A stretch of DNA of 64,000 nt from Eledone cirrhosa (GCA_964016885.1 OZ024742.1:98208001-98272000), one strand, 5' to 3'; positions 1 to 16,714 are shown, counted from the stretch's first letter. Translations and numbers: made by a program. The notes: generated by a model not told the origin, from the sequence alone.

Positions 1-819
1 AGTATTCTGAGGGTCGACTACATTTTCTGATCATTTTTACAACTGAATACACTTTCCTTGAATTAATGAAGCGAGCAGCGTTATGTCTTGGGAGCACAAC
101 AGAACTAAACTATGTCCTATTTTCAAAATGAGGAGTCAATAAATCAACCTAATGAAGGAGACCCCACCGGATTGTTTCACGGACTTGAAATACCAGTTTT
201 CCGTTGCTGTTACTGCATACGGCTGCCTAGTTTTATACACCCTCATTTGACTTAGCCTGCCATGGGAAACTGGTTGTTTTTCCGGTAGCATGTCCAACCT
301 CTGTCATGTCATTATCTTTTACAGAGAAATGTGACATGATTTGAACTCCAACTGCACAGATCTGTGAGATACTAGACTTGAGGTGTTTCCCAATGTGTTC
401 TTTATTTTTTCCACTGCATTATTGTTATTGACATTTGTGTGAGTGCTAGTGAATGTCCACATATATTGCCCCTTTCTCCTGACGTCTGCCAGCCTACTCC
501 TTGTCCGGATACATCGTCTACTTTGTAGTCCCAGCCGACAGAGTGGAGAAGACATTACTCCTTCACGCGGCTCGTACCTGCGGCCAGCCAACACGGCTCT
601 GATAGCAGTGAGCAGGATGTAACCCGGGGACCAAGAACACCGGAAATCCCCACTTGATTTGACTCTGCTGATAGGATTCTATGGCTTTTGTGAGATGTAC
701 AGGTGACATTGAACGTATTCCCGTTCTTGTTTAAACTTTATTCGGTTTTAACGAATATTATTCCAGTTGTTCGAACAACGGAAAACCCTATTCTTGAAAT
801 GAACGTTTAAGTGGCTGCG

Positions 820-1050
820 TATTCTCACAGCATACATTCCCTTAAAGTGGGTTGTCAGGGAGATTCAGAATGACACAGTATGTCACAACGCTGGTCTTCT
901 GAATTGCAGATAGAACTCAAAATTGCCAGCTGAGTGAACTGGAGCAACATGAAATAAACTATTTTGTTCAAGGGCACCATTGGCCACCGGGATTTGAACT
1001 CATGACGTTACTCCTGTGAGCTGAACAACCTAAGCAGTAAGACACGCCCA
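820..1050 (-). mobile_element. tRNA-derived SINE, family B (degenerate)
   Basis: Minus strand has a B-box-like GAGTTCAAATCCCGG followed by a TTTATTTCATGTTGCTCCAGTTCACTCAGCTGGCA body. Related degenerate copies lie near 23.55-23.71, 48.65-48.84 and 52.05-52.2 kb. Confidence 0.55.
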
Positions 1051-1759
1051 TTTACACACCCCTCGGTTATTATCAGACCGACCATGTCTCTGAGCAGGGA
1101 CCAGTCAGAATCCAGACTAAGAGTTGGGCGTGATACGAATTATCTTACCTCATGAAAATATGTTAGTTACGTAATATTCATCAACAAGGTATATATACCA
1201 AACAACTATATCATATTAATATCCCGTTAATTCTATTGGATGGAATTTTCAATTTCTTTACGGTTAAGTGTTTAACATAATCAACGCCAGAATCATCGTT
1301 AATTATTATGAGTAACGTGATCATGATCTTTCCTCTCCCGCCTTCTCATTCCCCTCCTCATCATCATTCCGGTTATGTTTGCAGTTTCATCAACAACACA
1401 ATCCACATGATAATCATGATTATACTGATCATGATTATACTGATCATGATTATACTGATCATGATTTTATTCCACTTCATCGTCATTACCATCAGTGTGA
1501 TTGCTATCATCTTCATCATCGTAATAATCAAGTATAATCTGCTTGCAGTAGGTTCTCAGCAGTCTCTCAGCAGTCTGTCATCATGGATTGCCTGCCATCT
1601 CACCTTTTCTTGTGTCGCCTTTATATATATTTTTGTAGTCCACTTCTTGCTATTATCCATCCACTTATTAATTAGCTTTTCCACTTCCCATCTATTTCTA
1701 TTTTTTACGTTCTATTAACAGTCTTTTCAAATCATTTCTCTTCCAATTAGGTGTCAAAA

Positions 1760-2510
1760 TATATTTTATATTAGTTTCCGTTTTTTGATGATGTCTATTA
1801 ACATTTTCGTATCTTTTGTCATTTTTAGTACAGCATTGGTTTTATCTTCTGTTCATGATATTATCAAAAGTATTCTATGTCCCCACAACTCCATGGCTTG
1901 TAACCCTGGTGATACTTTTGCCCATGTTTCTATTCGATGTTATAGAAACATATATAATATTTTAAAATATTTTTCTCGCTTTGGTATTAATGTTTTTTTG
2001 GTGTTAGTAATTTCGATATTTTTGTAATGGTTTTCTAGTTACGTGAACCCTTCTTTTCATATCTGTTTCATAGATCAAATGTTCTGATTACATATATCAC
2101 AGGTATATTATTTTTGATGTCTCTATAATTTGTTTTCCTCTCTATTGTAAAATGTGGTGATTGTTGTTGCTTCCTGATTACCTTTGATTTTGTTTTCTTT
2201 ACATTTATTTCCATTCCATAAAGATTCCTTTGGCGTTTATTTAAGTTACAAGGTTCTTTATGTCATCGCTTTTGAAAGTTATGACAATATCATTTCTCTA
2301 TAAAAGGCTGTGGATGATCATCCTGTGTAATATCTCCTTTGACATGCCTTCGCTATAGAATTTACCAATGTATAAGTTAAATACGCTAAAGGTTATTTTT
2401 ACTGGTCGCTTGGATTGTTTAATTTCAAATTCTTGGTTTTTTTCCCTGTTCCATTCTTATCGGCAGTCTTTCCCTTTCATTAGATTTTGCACTTGAAAGT
2501 TTTACTTTGT
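1760..2510 (-). pseudogene. Highly decayed RTE-clade LINE reverse transcriptase relic
   Basis: Minus-strand fragments YGMEINVKKTK and LQAMELWGHRILLIIS*TEDKTNAVL match the RTE RT C-terminal motifs G(M/L)xINxxKTK and EAxEMWxxRRxLxISW. Confidence 0.55.
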
Positions 2511-3419
2511 TTATTATTGAGAATATTCGTGGATCATTTTGCATAATTCTTCAGTGATTTCATGTTAGTGAGTTAAAAGACCCTTTAGAATTATGATTAT
2601 AACCGCTTAGGCTTTTTTCTTTCTTACATCACTGCACTTCAGATATCTGAGTAAATCTATATGTGACTCAAAAGCTTTACTATATTGAAACTCCAAGAGA
2701 TGGAAATGATGAGATTAACAGGGATAAAGGTAGACTTATTCGATACGCTGGGCTTTATACAATGATTGACTAAAGAATATTTGTAACCAAGACTATTTAT
2801 TCAAGAACATTTTAATAATGTTTTTCGATACTTATTTCTGGCTAAAAAGAAGGTAAAACTTATAAATTAAAGAGTTAAGGAAGGTAATTTACTCGACCAA
2901 AATATACAAATAAGCTGTAAATATAAAGCGACATTTTAATTAGGTAATACACTTTACATTACTTGGTCCAGACTGATAATTTAATTAATTACATCAATGA
3001 ACTCTTCATAAACTTGTGTCAGATGTATGTAGCATCTGAATGGCAACCATTCATTGATTCATCACAAAGACGTCTGAAAGCAGTTCTACTGTGTATAACT
3101 GGAAAGTAAAAGTATGTGCCACATCACCCTCATTCTGTCCACTTAAATGCGACATATGCTCAATACCATTCAATAGCATGTCAATCAGTGGAATCTCAGC
3201 GGAAATCTCAAGGTTATTGTGATGTTAATGTACAACCATACAGATTTTTCAACACACTGTTGTTTCTTTTGATTATCTGACAGCCGTATTATTACATACA
3301 ACTATACTATCTTACATTACCATATTTCGAATAGCTGATACAGTCTGTGATTCTCAAATAATTTGGAGGGTTTTGGTAGTACAACAAACTTTAATATCAT
3401 TAATCTGGTGGTTGGTGGT

Positions 3420-3855
3420 GGTTGGGCTTTCGAAGTTTTAGTAGTGCGTGGGAAAAATTCTTAGCAGCATTTAGTTACGACTGGCTACATTCTGAATTCA
3501 AGTCAGACCAAAGCCAACTTTGATTCCCATCCTTTTGTGGTCGAGAAAATAAAGTACCATTTAAGAAATGGAATTGATACAATAAATTTCCCACTCCCCA
3601 CAAATTTTTGACTTTGCACCAAAGCGAACAATTAAAAACGGGCAGTGGGTTGGCAGAAACGTTAGAGCGTTGGATAAAATTCTTAGCCGTATTTTTACGG
3701 CTCTTTACGTTCTAAGTTCAAAATCCCAACGAGATTACTTTTGTCTTTCATCTTTCTGAGGTTGATAACATATAGAAAAAGTGAAATAATGGGGCCGATA
3801 TAATCAATCTTCTATTCCTTCAAATTGCTGGCCTTGTAATAAAATTATAAACCAG
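3420..3855 (+). mobile_element. Two tandem tRNA-derived SINE copies, family A
   Basis: GGGCAGTGGGTTGGCAGAAACGTTAGAGCG...TTCTAAGTTCAAAATCCC...TTTCATC...GATAA...GCTGGCCTTGT, collinear with the copies at 29.2, 44.5 and 63.3 kb. Confidence 0.7.
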
Positions 3856-4075
3856 CACATTACCAGCAACAATATGTATAACAGATATTTTATGGTGAAG
3901 GCCAATGGACGAAAATATCGTGTATCCAGGGGAAAAAGATAAGTCGATGAATGAGTATATAAATGAATAGATGGATTGAAAAGACGTTTAAGTACATATA
4001 TAGAAGGTAGGTGTAGAAAGCAATGTATTTAGGCAGAGACGAATGTGTGAATTACAGAGTTAGAATATTGTATGC

Positions 4076-4108
<33 letters not shown>

Positions 4109-4345
4109 CGTCTGTGCGTAAAAATATATATATATAGAGAGAGAGAGATGTGTGTGTGTGTTTTGTTTGCGCAATCAATTAATACACATTGCTGTTGGGC
4201 TTTTCCAAATCGGCGACTCTTGTACGCCGTAATTGATGGGAACTTCTATTGAAATAGGCTGAAGGGACAGATGACAAAGGTAAAGTAAGAAAATTACAAA
4301 ATATATTGATCTAAGAAAGAAATTAACATGAACGAAGACAATATC

Positions 4346-4377
<32 letters not shown>

Positions 4378-4489
4378 CAGCATCGGTTATAGAAGTAGTA
4401 GTAGTATTGATTATGATGAATATCATTATCATTAGGTATAAGGGAGATATCAAGAAAGAAACAAATGCATTAAGAATCAGATAATAATT

Positions 4490-4680
4490 TATTCTAGTAC
4501 AAGTCCGGCAAATTTAGGAGAGGAGAAAGACGATAGTACTTTACTGGTATGTATTTTATCGATTACCATAAGATGAAAGACAAAGTTGACCTCCGCGGGA
4601 TTAGAATTCAGTACATAAATGCCCGTGACCAACCACCGCGATGCAATCTAACGATTCTCTCAGTCCGACTCCCTTGAAAT
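4490..4680 (-). mobile_element. tRNA-derived SINE, family A
   Basis: TTTTATCGA...GATGAAAGACAAAGTTGACCTC, the reverse complement of the family core. Confidence 0.6.
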
Positions 4681-5417
4681 AACTTCCAATTTCGTCTATC
4701 AGATTGCATCCATCACCATAGCCACCAGACTGAGGAATTTCAAGTCTATTTCTTTACGATGTTAAGGCGGTTGTTCGATCGTTAACGCATACTTGACTGG
4801 CAGTTGGATCTTTCCTGCACATAGTGATAGCTGTTCGATATAAACCAACAAATAGGCAAATAATAACCTTGGAAAGATTGTTTGACGGACGGCCTTGTTT
4901 GGCAGTGTGTATCTCAGACAAGTTTGCTTTCTGGCCCTTCTAACACAGCCAAGACTATTATGTTTATCCTGAACAGGAAGAGCCTCTATTATAAATCACT
5001 GCATGAGGCATTACACGGACTGTTCTTGTCGACGCACAGAATTGCGCCAAGACTTTCATATATGTCACTAACTATCTATAGTAAACACATCCTTTTCAAC
5101 ACACCTTTTACGGTGCATCAGCATCCTCGATAGAGGTGTAATAGTGTATTTTCAAGACAGACGAAACCCACCATCGATACTCCAAACCACAGCCTTACGG
5201 TTGCTTGCCGAACGCTCTAATGACTCAGCCATGGGCCTTTACAATACTACCAATAATTACGTTGTCACATGATAATCGTGTATGTGACAATAAAAAAGAT
5301 ATATTGCATATAGTGTCAGAATATCTTTGGAATTGAATATTATCTTCTATAAATATATTACTTTTGAATAGACTGACTACCTGATTACATATAATAAACT
5401 ACAACTATATGTGTGCG

Positions 5418-5452
<35 letters not shown>

Positions 5453-5473
5453 ATATATACCTATATATATACC

Positions 5474-5563
<90 letters not shown>

Positions 5564-5625
5564 GGTATATATATATAGCTATATATATATATATATATAA
5601 ATATATATAAATGAATATATAAATG

Positions 5626-5707
<82 letters not shown>

Positions 5708-5750
5708 GAGTCATACACAATATATATATATATATATATACATACATATA
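5418..5750. repeat. (TA)n microsatellite tract
   Basis: Direct inspection. One of dozens of (TA)n/(CA)n/(GA)n/(TAG)n tracts that produce the poly-YI/ER/SL/CV pseudo-ORFs. Confidence 0.95.
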
Positions 5751-6290
5751 AACAATACAAAAACAAACAATATATCCCACTCCAAAATTGCTAAATCACT
5801 GCAGGCCCTTCATTACTTGTGAATATAACGGTTCCTTTTCTTTACTAATAAGATTCTAGTTAGCACATATGCTAATTCTTCCCTCTCTCTATATTCTATC
5901 TTCAGTGTCCACTGTTTCTGATATTGTTATTATTATTAATACCATTATCATTATTATTTGTATCATCATGATCATTATTACTACTAAGGGTACTTTTAAC
6001 ATTAGTGTTATGTTCATCATTATTGCTAATATGTTTTATTTTTATTGTTCTTGATGTCAGTATAATAATTATGTTTGTTCCTATTCATTATATTCTTTTT
6101 TTATAGCTTGTTAGATTCTCGCTAACTTTTCATTGGACTTAAGGAAATCTCTGTTAATATTTCGGCCATTTTTTGGAAGGACATTTTATTGGACTAATAG
6201 CATAATTTGTATTCAGTTATTCCCCTACGATAATGAACATCACCTCAGGGTGTAGTGTATTAGAGTCGCGCGTGTATGTTTAAAGTTATA

Positions 6291-6343
<53 letters not shown>

Positions 6344-6849
6344 AAGTCAGTGTATATGTCGCAATAACACCGTAATGTTTCCGTGTATGTGCATATATAA
6401 ATATTCAAGTATGTGTAGATGTGGGTGTGTATTACGTAAATAGATCACAATATATCTAGAATGATTTTGAGAAAACATTGGCAAACATGTGTTAAAAAAG
6501 TATGTTCCTTCTTTACATCAAATATCACATAGGAAAGGTTGTCTTGGATCTCCGTCAATTCTGACAGAGAGTGTTAAGCTGCTAAAAACATGGAACATTT
6601 TGCACATAAATTATTCCACACACGCACCCGTAATATAGTTTTCGTTGCGATACAGCATAACAGAATGCGTGAAACGGCTAGTACTTTGAATTATAGGTAG
6701 AACTGATTTTCGCCCTCTGATGTGATTTGAATTGGTGCTTATAGTTGTGGTGGTGGTGGAGTTGGCAGTGACAGTATTTTCAAAAGGGTTCATTTGGTTT
6801 TATATGAGAGAAGTTCTCTTTCGTAGTAATATTCCAATATCCAATGTAG

Positions 6850-7550
6850 CGATGACACACTATCTTAGTACACGAAAACCGACAAGTTTATAAGCAGACA
6901 CTGTAGGCCACTTGTAATCTCGATTGAATTCTTTCGGTCATAACCCATGATTCATGACTATAGATAAGGTTTGTCACGAATACTGAATTGAAGATAGCGA
7001 GTTTGGCTTTTACACCTACTACCCTCCTTCTGATTGCCGAATACTTAAACTGTCTCATTAGTACTCCAGCTCCCACAATCCTTGCATTTAATTCAGTCTC
7101 CTGCTTCCCATCACTCAAGCTTCTCAACCTGCTTTAGTGAACGTTCATTCACATGTTTAGTGCACTGCACATATATCCTTGAGCGGGCGAGTTCTTAGTT
7201 TTCGCAGCAGTGATTTTCATTCCAGCCATGCAGCACTTGGAATCAAACCCACCAAGTGCAAATTGCGGATCATACTATGTCGTGTTAAGTACTACCATGC
7301 TGACTGCAAATCCAGCCGAGCTAATTTACACTTGCCACTCCTTATAAACTTCCAACCCAGCTGCACACGTCATTCATTTTCATGAAAATAATGAACAGCA
7401 GAGGTGAAAGTACGCATCCTTGGCAGAGTCGGTCTCCCAAATCGAAAGGTTTCGAATTAGCATAATTTATCCGTACAAAAATACTCGGAGATTCGCACAG
7501 AGACATGAGGGCAACAAGAAGCCAAACATTGTAAAGTCAGTCTCTAAAAA
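6850..7550 (-). pseudogene. RTE-clade (Expander/Rex3-like) LINE RT fragment
   Basis: ORF 6888-7127 SDGKQETELNARIVGAG...KAKLAIFNSVFVTNLIYSHESWVMTERIQSRLQ matches Expander-type RT. Decayed RQGCVLSPLLFI-like sequence lies near 7.38-7.42 kb. Confidence 0.75.
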
Positions 7551-9141
7551 GGGTTATTTTTGGTAGGTTTGAAAACGTACTAGATCTGGGACTGGCGCAA
7601 ATAAAACCGCTCAAAATTTGGTGATAGGTAAAAAAGAATCATACCGCAATGTCTTTCTCGTGGGTTACCATGTACGCGCTCAGGCCTTAGGCAGTGGAGC
7701 CTCTTGGAAATATATATTGCTATTTTCATTTCATACCGGAAAAAATGCGACGGGGCTGTAATTTGTGTCATTATTGAAATTCCTGTCACATCACTGCTGA
7801 TAAAAATTAACCTCTCTTTCGACGATGAGCATTCAATTCCTCCGTCAAATTATTGTCCGACTGGTGAAAGAAAATGCAAGATGTTGAGTTTTCCAGAGAT
7901 GCATATAACATTAATGTAACTCACAAGCTGATTCACCGTGACATTATATCTGACAAATTTGGACATTTGAATCGGAGTGACATTAGAATCGTGAGGATTC
8001 CTCGGTTTCTATTTACTCAGTTGCATTCATAACGCCTACGTCAAAACTTCTACAACATTAACAACACTTGTCCAAGATACCACACATTTGGAGTGAACCA
8101 GGGACCTCGTAATTGGAAAGCTAGCCTCTTAACCATTTAATCATACATTCACCACGATGATAATTCTTTGACTATATCTTCGCTGATGGGAGACATATAG
8201 AGAGAAATAAAAAAAGCAGAATGATCGAAGCTGAGGTAGAAAGAAAGAAATGGGTAGAGAGGTAATGGAAGAAAGAGACAGAGAGTGAAAAAGAAGAGAT
8301 GATAGATTTCTACTGCTGTGAACAAATTTCTAAAGGGTTTGACCTCACACAAAGATGTATAAACATATATTGTAAACGAAGCCCACAATCCGATGAAACT
8401 GAGGAATAGTTGCAGGCAATCCAACATTATCATAGATATAATCTCCTGGTTTTCTACTCCAATGGAATATACTTTGAAATCCACCCAATAGGTTGTTATA
8501 ATATTACTGATATATGAGTGTAACTGTTGCATGTCATTTTCTAAATAGAATATTTCCATTAATTTTTATCACAGTGACGTTATGTTTCATGGTGTGAGGA
8601 ATGAAATAAACTCAGTTATAACTAATTGCATAACACACAATACAACACATTAAATATTTACTCTATATAATAGTATATTTCTAGTCAGGTTCGGGAATAA
8701 TTTGGATCGAAATTGCGATTGTTCAGTTTTCAAAATTGCATATTCCCCTTAGGGATTATAACCGCACCAAAATTATAGCGAAGCAAGGTTATTAGAAATA
8801 TCTGCTTATATAGAATTCATTAATCGTGCATGCTTTGTGGTGTGTTAGGTGATGTTTCACGTACAGTATTTGTCAAATATACACACTACTGTATAATTTA
8901 TTCTGGATAATGATGTATATACCTAACCTAACTGATTGGGAATTTTCAAGGTTCTAATTGCACTAGTAATGAATGAGACTTTGGGGAGTTGCATTCTCCA
9001 TCATTTCATATTTCCGACCGACATAGAGTAATTTTTACATCAAATATTGGGTTCTAATTATTTATTAGAAATTAGGGGTTCATGCACACACGTACACACA
9101 CCTACAAACACACGCACACATGCAAACACACAGACACACAC

Positions 9142-9197
<56 letters not shown>

Positions 9198-9934
9198 TGG
9201 GTTTCCAAGATCAGATATAAGCCCTTTGAGCCAGTTAATCACTTCATGGTTGTAGTGAACTGAACAAATGCTACTTGTTGAAGACACCACACAGCGATCA
9301 ATTAAAGTGCTGCAGACTCAATAGTAGATCACTAGCCTGGTAAAGGTGGGCATTGTATGCCCATATACTGATCTCCAACTTAATTCTAGATTTATCTATA
9401 GCTGGACGTTTTCCAGTACAATATGTTCTGCTATTGATGTTATTGTTACATCTTACGCTGGTCGTCGTTCTTCTGATGATGGTAGGGTTATTGTTGGTGA
9501 TAGTGTTATATAAGCTAGTAGTGTAATTGGTGGATGGTAGTGGTGATATGGTGGTATTGGGTTAGCTGCGGTGGAACTAATAATAGCGTTGGTTGCGGTT
9601 GTGGTGCCGGTGTCATTGGTTGTGTTAGTGTTGTCGATGATTTTGTTAGTAGTTGCGGTGTTGGTTGTAGTCGCGTTGATATTTCTTTTTAGTCGTGTTA
9701 TTACTGGTAATGGTGTAATTTGTGATTGCGGTGGGGATGTTGGTGTTATTGGTGGTGTTGCTGTTGCTGAGGGTGATGGTGGTAATGACGGTTATGCCGG
9801 TGATGGTTGTGGTGACTTGGAGTGCGGGTTAGTCTTTTTGTTGTGGTTGTTGATGATGATGATGTTTTTCTTACTTGTATTGTTGTATGTATTTTAAAGG
9901 ATTTCTTCGTTCTCTTAACGCTGTATGGTGAAAT

Positions 9935-10150
9935 AATTGTTTCTACATTTGGCACAAGGCCGGCAATGTGAAGGGGGTAAGTCAATTAAATCGACCCAAG
10001 TGCGTTATTGGTGCTTTATTTTATCGAACCTGTAAAGATGAAAGACAAATTAACCTCGGCGAGATTCGAACTCAGAACGCAAAAGGACAACACAATATCC
10101 TGCAAAGTAAGTTGTCTGAAACTCTACAGATACTGCCAATCCACCGTCCT
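9935..10150 (-). mobile_element. tRNA-derived SINE, family A
   Basis: TTGTTTCTACATTTGGCACAAGGCC...TTTTATCGAACC...GATGAAAGACAAATTAACCTCGGCGAGATTCGAACTCAGAAC...TACTGCCAATCCAC. Confidence 0.75.
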
Positions 10151-10296
10151 TGTATGATGAAATAATCAGGTAGAAAGAATCAGCGAAAGAGAGAAGAATG
10201 ACGGAATGAAAATTTTGAGAATGGAAAGAAGTTAAGAAAAAGAATTGGAAAGGATTTCAGTGTTTGTAAAGAGAAATTTCTTACACCATGGACATT

Positions 10297-10353
<57 letters not shown>

Positions 10354-11341
10354 GCGGCAAAATATATAGATTGGAGGTGCAATCAATAATCAATAAAGAG
10401 GTTGATGGGAGGATCAATAGAGTGGTAGAGAAAGTATATTTTTAATTATGTTGCTTAAGCTTTCCATTCTTCCTGAGTCAATGATGCAAATACCAGTCTA
10501 GTATGTTCATAACATTGTGCGTATATTAGAAATAATGCATTTATTATTCAAAATTATTTAGGGTTTAGGATTGGCAAAATCTTTAGGACTTGCGGCATTC
10601 ATTGTGGTGTTTTACCTTCTTTGATCAAATCTGCCGAAATCAAATTTGCTGGAGTCAATACAATAATGTTCTCGCCAAGTTGATATAATGGATTCTTCCT
10701 CGCCATCCACAGACACGCACGAACGTTTGACCTTGGGATTATTTCAGAAACTATTAAACAAAAATGTTGATTTGGGGAAATGTTGACTTAGGAAATGAAA
10801 GACTCTGAGAATGTGGGACAAAATGATCTTGTTACATCCCTTCACACATTGACGTGACATCAATTCAGAACTGCTTTTCATCTTTGCTACTTCTATGGTC
10901 AATAAAATAAGTGGAAATCTAGTAAATGCTTGTGGCTTCGTTCCAATGTTAAGAATCATTATATAATTCATATTTTATAATTTTCTTTAAAATAAATCTC
11001 TCTATTTCAATTCATAATTAAATGACTGATTTTCCGGTATGTTATTAATGAAAAATAAGTCACACAGAAAATAAAAGTAAACGAATTATACATAACAAAG
11101 AACCATATAGCTGGTGGCATCATCGATGTTATGTTTACTATTTAAGTGTACTTATTATCCACCACTAAGAAATAATAACAAGGAGACGTAGAAAGGTAAA
11201 TGAGAAGGGTGGATAGTTTTTCAATATTAATTTATGCTTTATTTTTTTACAGTGATCTATCATTATAATGCGGTTAGACTGGAACATCGAGCTAACGGTA
11301 CTTACTCAATCTAAATGACACAGCTACGTATATACATACTT

Positions 11342-11393
<52 letters not shown>

Positions 11394-11582
11394 TACATAC
11401 ATAGATACATATATATATATATATATATATATATGTGTATATATATATATGTATATATATATTTGCTGCTACCAAGATAAAAACTACTATGAAATCCCAC
11501 ACTGAATTTTATACTTGAATATTTTATATTTTCAAATCTCAAATGTTAACTCTTCTTATTTTTTATTTTTCTTAATATTAAT

Positions 11583-11632
11583 CAACATTTGAAAAGATGG
11601 CTTTTGCAGACCCATCGAAACCGGTCATTTTG
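11583..11632 (+). ncRNA. Type I hammerhead ribozyme, U3:A8 core variant
   Basis: caacat-TTGAAAA-gatgg(cttttgcagac)ccatc-GAAA-ccgg-TC-attttg: 5-bp stem II, palindromic stem III, stem I with one mismatch. Confidence 0.7.
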
Positions 11633-11769
11633 TATACCCTTTATTCTTTCCTTACCTTATAAAATTATATGTTTTTTCACAAAAAAGTATTCTGTCTCTT
11701 ATATAATCCATGTGCCATTACCCACCTCAATTTTCTCTATAATCTTCGTTTTGTGTAGAAACTTACACT

Positions 11770-11838
<69 letters not shown>

Positions 11839-12061
11839 ATGAAAAGCAATTCTGTGCATCTATAGATTACGTTTCTTATCAAGCAGTAGCATTGGAGGAG
11901 ACAGTTGTTAGGGTTACCGCAATTGCAGTGTTGCAATTCACACATAATTTTCCACTCATGTAGGAATAGGATATTAAGATACTCTACCTCTCTCTCTATA
12001 TATGCTTATATATATACATATATACATATATATATATATACACATATGTATATATATACAA

Positions 12062-12113
<52 letters not shown>

Positions 12114-12169
12114 ATAATATATATATACATAAATATATATAAAAATACATATATATACATGTATATAAT

Positions 12170-12200
<31 letters not shown>

Positions 12201-12249
12201 GAATATTATACATATATATATATATACATATATATACATATGTTTATAT

Positions 12250-13740
<1,491 letters not shown>

Positions 13741-14017
13741 ACACACTACGCTTCAGCTTTTGGCATTTAGTATTCTGTATCACACCTCTTTTCATCTCCC
13801 CGCTCCATATTCTCTTAGGATAGTTTAACCCTATTATATATATATACATATAACCAATATATAGAGAGAAACACACAGATACATGCGGACACACACATAC
13901 ACATGAATATATCCACATATATCCCTGAGTTAGTGGTACCAACCTCAACCGGTGTTGCTCTAGGTATGATATATCTTATTACTAATTATATCTAATGTTT
14001 CTTCTTTCTTCATAATG

Positions 14018-14085
<68 letters not shown>

Positions 14086-14726
14086 GTATATTTATATGTG
14101 TATATATAATATATATATATAACCGGTTGATCAAATATATTTTATGAATAAGAATACATTAAGACTAATTTACAATCCATTGCTCTAACTAACTTAAAAC
14201 ATTCAATATAAACATTAACTAGAATTTAATTCAACATATGTAATGGAAAAGTCTGGAAAAACTGTATGTTTCTCAAGACACACAAATTCAAACACTATCA
14301 ACATACACCATCCACCATAGATTCTAATACATTAACATATTTGCTTAAAGTGCAGTATTTATTCATCCATATATGCATAACTTTGCTTGTTTCCTTCTCA
14401 TGTATAAGACTAAACAGTTGCACTCTCCACACGCCTGCATTTGTATTGTTAATGTTCTGTTCCTTTCTCAAAACTACTTTCTCAATGACTCTTTAATGAT
14501 TGGACTATTCTCTTGTTTTATCTGTTGCATGTATTCCACTACGTGCTTTTGATTTTAATTCAAACTTGAATTTGAATTTTTGTACAATTATTGTACAATT
14601 CTCGTAAAATATATGCCACATCCATTCCACCCTGTAAATCCGAAACTGTTGCTCACAACATCTATATATATGTATCTATATTATTGTTCAGTTGAATAGG
14701 AGGTTACTTATATGTGCAAACATTGA

Positions 14727-14780
14727 TAATGCTCCGATGATGCCAGTCGAGAGTTTGAAAGAAAGGATTGTCAGCTATTA
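14727..14780 (+). ncRNA. Degenerate type I hammerhead ribozyme
   Basis: taatgct-CCGATGA-(20 nt)-GAAA-ggattg-TC-agctatta; stem I good, stems II and III decayed. Confidence 0.4.
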
Positions 14781-14923
14781 AATGATTTGAACAGAACTTT
14801 GATAATTGTCTAATTTATTTATTTTCCTTGAGCTATTTCTCTTACTGGTAATAAGGTAGCAGAAAATTACTAACCTTTCCTGTTTATAGTTGTTTATAGC
14901 ATATACATAACTATAAATAGTAT

Positions 14924-15002
<79 letters not shown>

Positions 15003-15034
15003 GTATACATATATGTATACATGTATACATATGC

Positions 15035-15073
<39 letters not shown>

Positions 15074-15108
15074 TATAAATATATATATATATATATATAT
15101 TAATATAA

Positions 15109-15181
<73 letters not shown>

Positions 15182-15230
15182 TATAAATATATATATAAAT
15201 AAATATATATATATATGTATATATATATAC

Positions 15231-15892
15231 TAATGAATATATGAGGGATGAACATCTATACAATTATAGAAGTTTTCGGATTGCAACTGACCAAGTTAGC
15301 TAGGTTGAAAAAATACTAATTTAACATAATATGGTTTGCCTGTCTCAATTTAAAATGATAAATCAATAAAAATAACAAACCTATATTGACAATGGCCGTG
15401 ATACCTGGTCAAATTTTAAATCTGTTTGACAAATTTTAAAATTTGTTTTGCAACAATTAAGTGAAAGTTACTATTCCTGTGCTCTTCTGCAGGTATCCAG
15501 AAATGTGTACCTTCCACTTCAAAATACTTAAGAAGACTGAGAATCATGTGTTGTTGAACACACGTGTGTCCCACCGCCTAACTCGTCTCATATCCGTGCC
15601 GCTAAATATAGCAGTCGGTTTTATGAGACTAAAAATTAGCTCAACACGGAGTCGTGAATAGGTTTGTTATTTTTATTGATTTATTATTTTAAAATCGAGA
15701 CAGGCAAACCATATTAGTTAAATTAGTATTTTTTCAACCGAGCTAACTTGGTCATTTGCAATCCGAACACTTCTATAATGGTATAGATGTTCATCCCTCA
15801 TATATTCATTTGTATTACACGGCTCAGAAATATTCCCTTCTTTGAGCTATTTAATTGTAAAAGACTATTTCGAGTTTATAACTCAATATTTG
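15231..15892 (+). mobile_element. Fold-back non-coding PLE-type cassette (same family as 50308-51053)
   Basis: Inverted arms ~15232-15384 and ~15657-15810, one-sided tail with TTTGAGCTATTTAATTGTAA, flanked by (TA)n. Decayed HHR on the minus strand at 15400-15497. Confidence 0.75.
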
Positions 15893-15905
15893 ATATGTAT
15901 ATATA

Positions 15906-15981
<76 letters not shown>

Positions 15982-15983
15982 TA

Positions 15984-16015
<32 letters not shown>

Positions 16016-16023
16016 AATATATA

Positions 16024-16165
16024 TAACGAAGGAAATGTGGTACGGAACCAGATGGACCATAACGTACCAAAGTACTCAATACTTAGGGTAGTAGAGTGGG
16101 TAATAGGAACGAGTAGGACCCCGACGGCTGAGCTCAAGCCGTTTCGACGTCTAATTCTGGACTCA
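16024..16165 (-). mobile_element. Truncated pLTR/tail copy of the 16943-17970 family
   Basis: Reverse complement of ~17830-17970 (tail plus the 3-prime half of the HHR), between (TA)n tracts. Confidence 0.8.
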
Positions 16166-16173
16166 TATATATA

Positions 16174-16269
<96 letters not shown>

Positions 16270-16271
<2 letters not shown>

Positions 16272-16533
16272 ACTGGAAGGTAATATCCGTAGTAGAGCAC
16301 TCAGTCTTTGGGACGAGTTTGGTAGAAGTAGTAACACAACAGTTAGTTCACCATAGCGAGAAGAATTGCTTCACCTTATGCGGATCTTCAGCTCGGACTG
16401 GACATGGTTACACGGAACAAGAAGAACAAGTTCTTGCTGTTCCGTATAACAATCACCAGTTCGAGCTGAATATAGGCATAAGGTGAAACAATTGTTCTCG
16501 ATATGATGAACTAACTGTTGAGTTACTACTTCT
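16270..16533 (-). mobile_element. Fold-back pLTR cassette of the Naiad family at 23818-24860, with two HHR copies
   Basis: 16270-16420 is similar to 23826-23975, and 16457-16533 is an inverted copy. HHRs lie at 16357-16395 (-) and 16462-16500 (+); consensus cgag-CTGAAGA-tcc..ggt-GAAA-caattg-TT-ctcg. Confidence 0.8.
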
Positions 16534-16714
16534 ATCTCTCTCTCCCTTTCTATCTCTCTCTCTCTTTATATATATATATATACACACACACACACCTATA
16601 TCTATATATATAGATATAAATGAAGTAATTCCGTCGGAAAAGTTCAGGAAAAAAGAGTGCTCTATGTAGGTAACAGAGCTTAATAGTTATGTAATAAACA
16701 ACATAAGGCAATTA

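Noticed and set aside
14160-14650. Possible very old GIY-YIG relic (NLIQ...EKLYVSQ) upstream of the 14727 HHR
   Set aside because: Similarity is too weak to call by eye.
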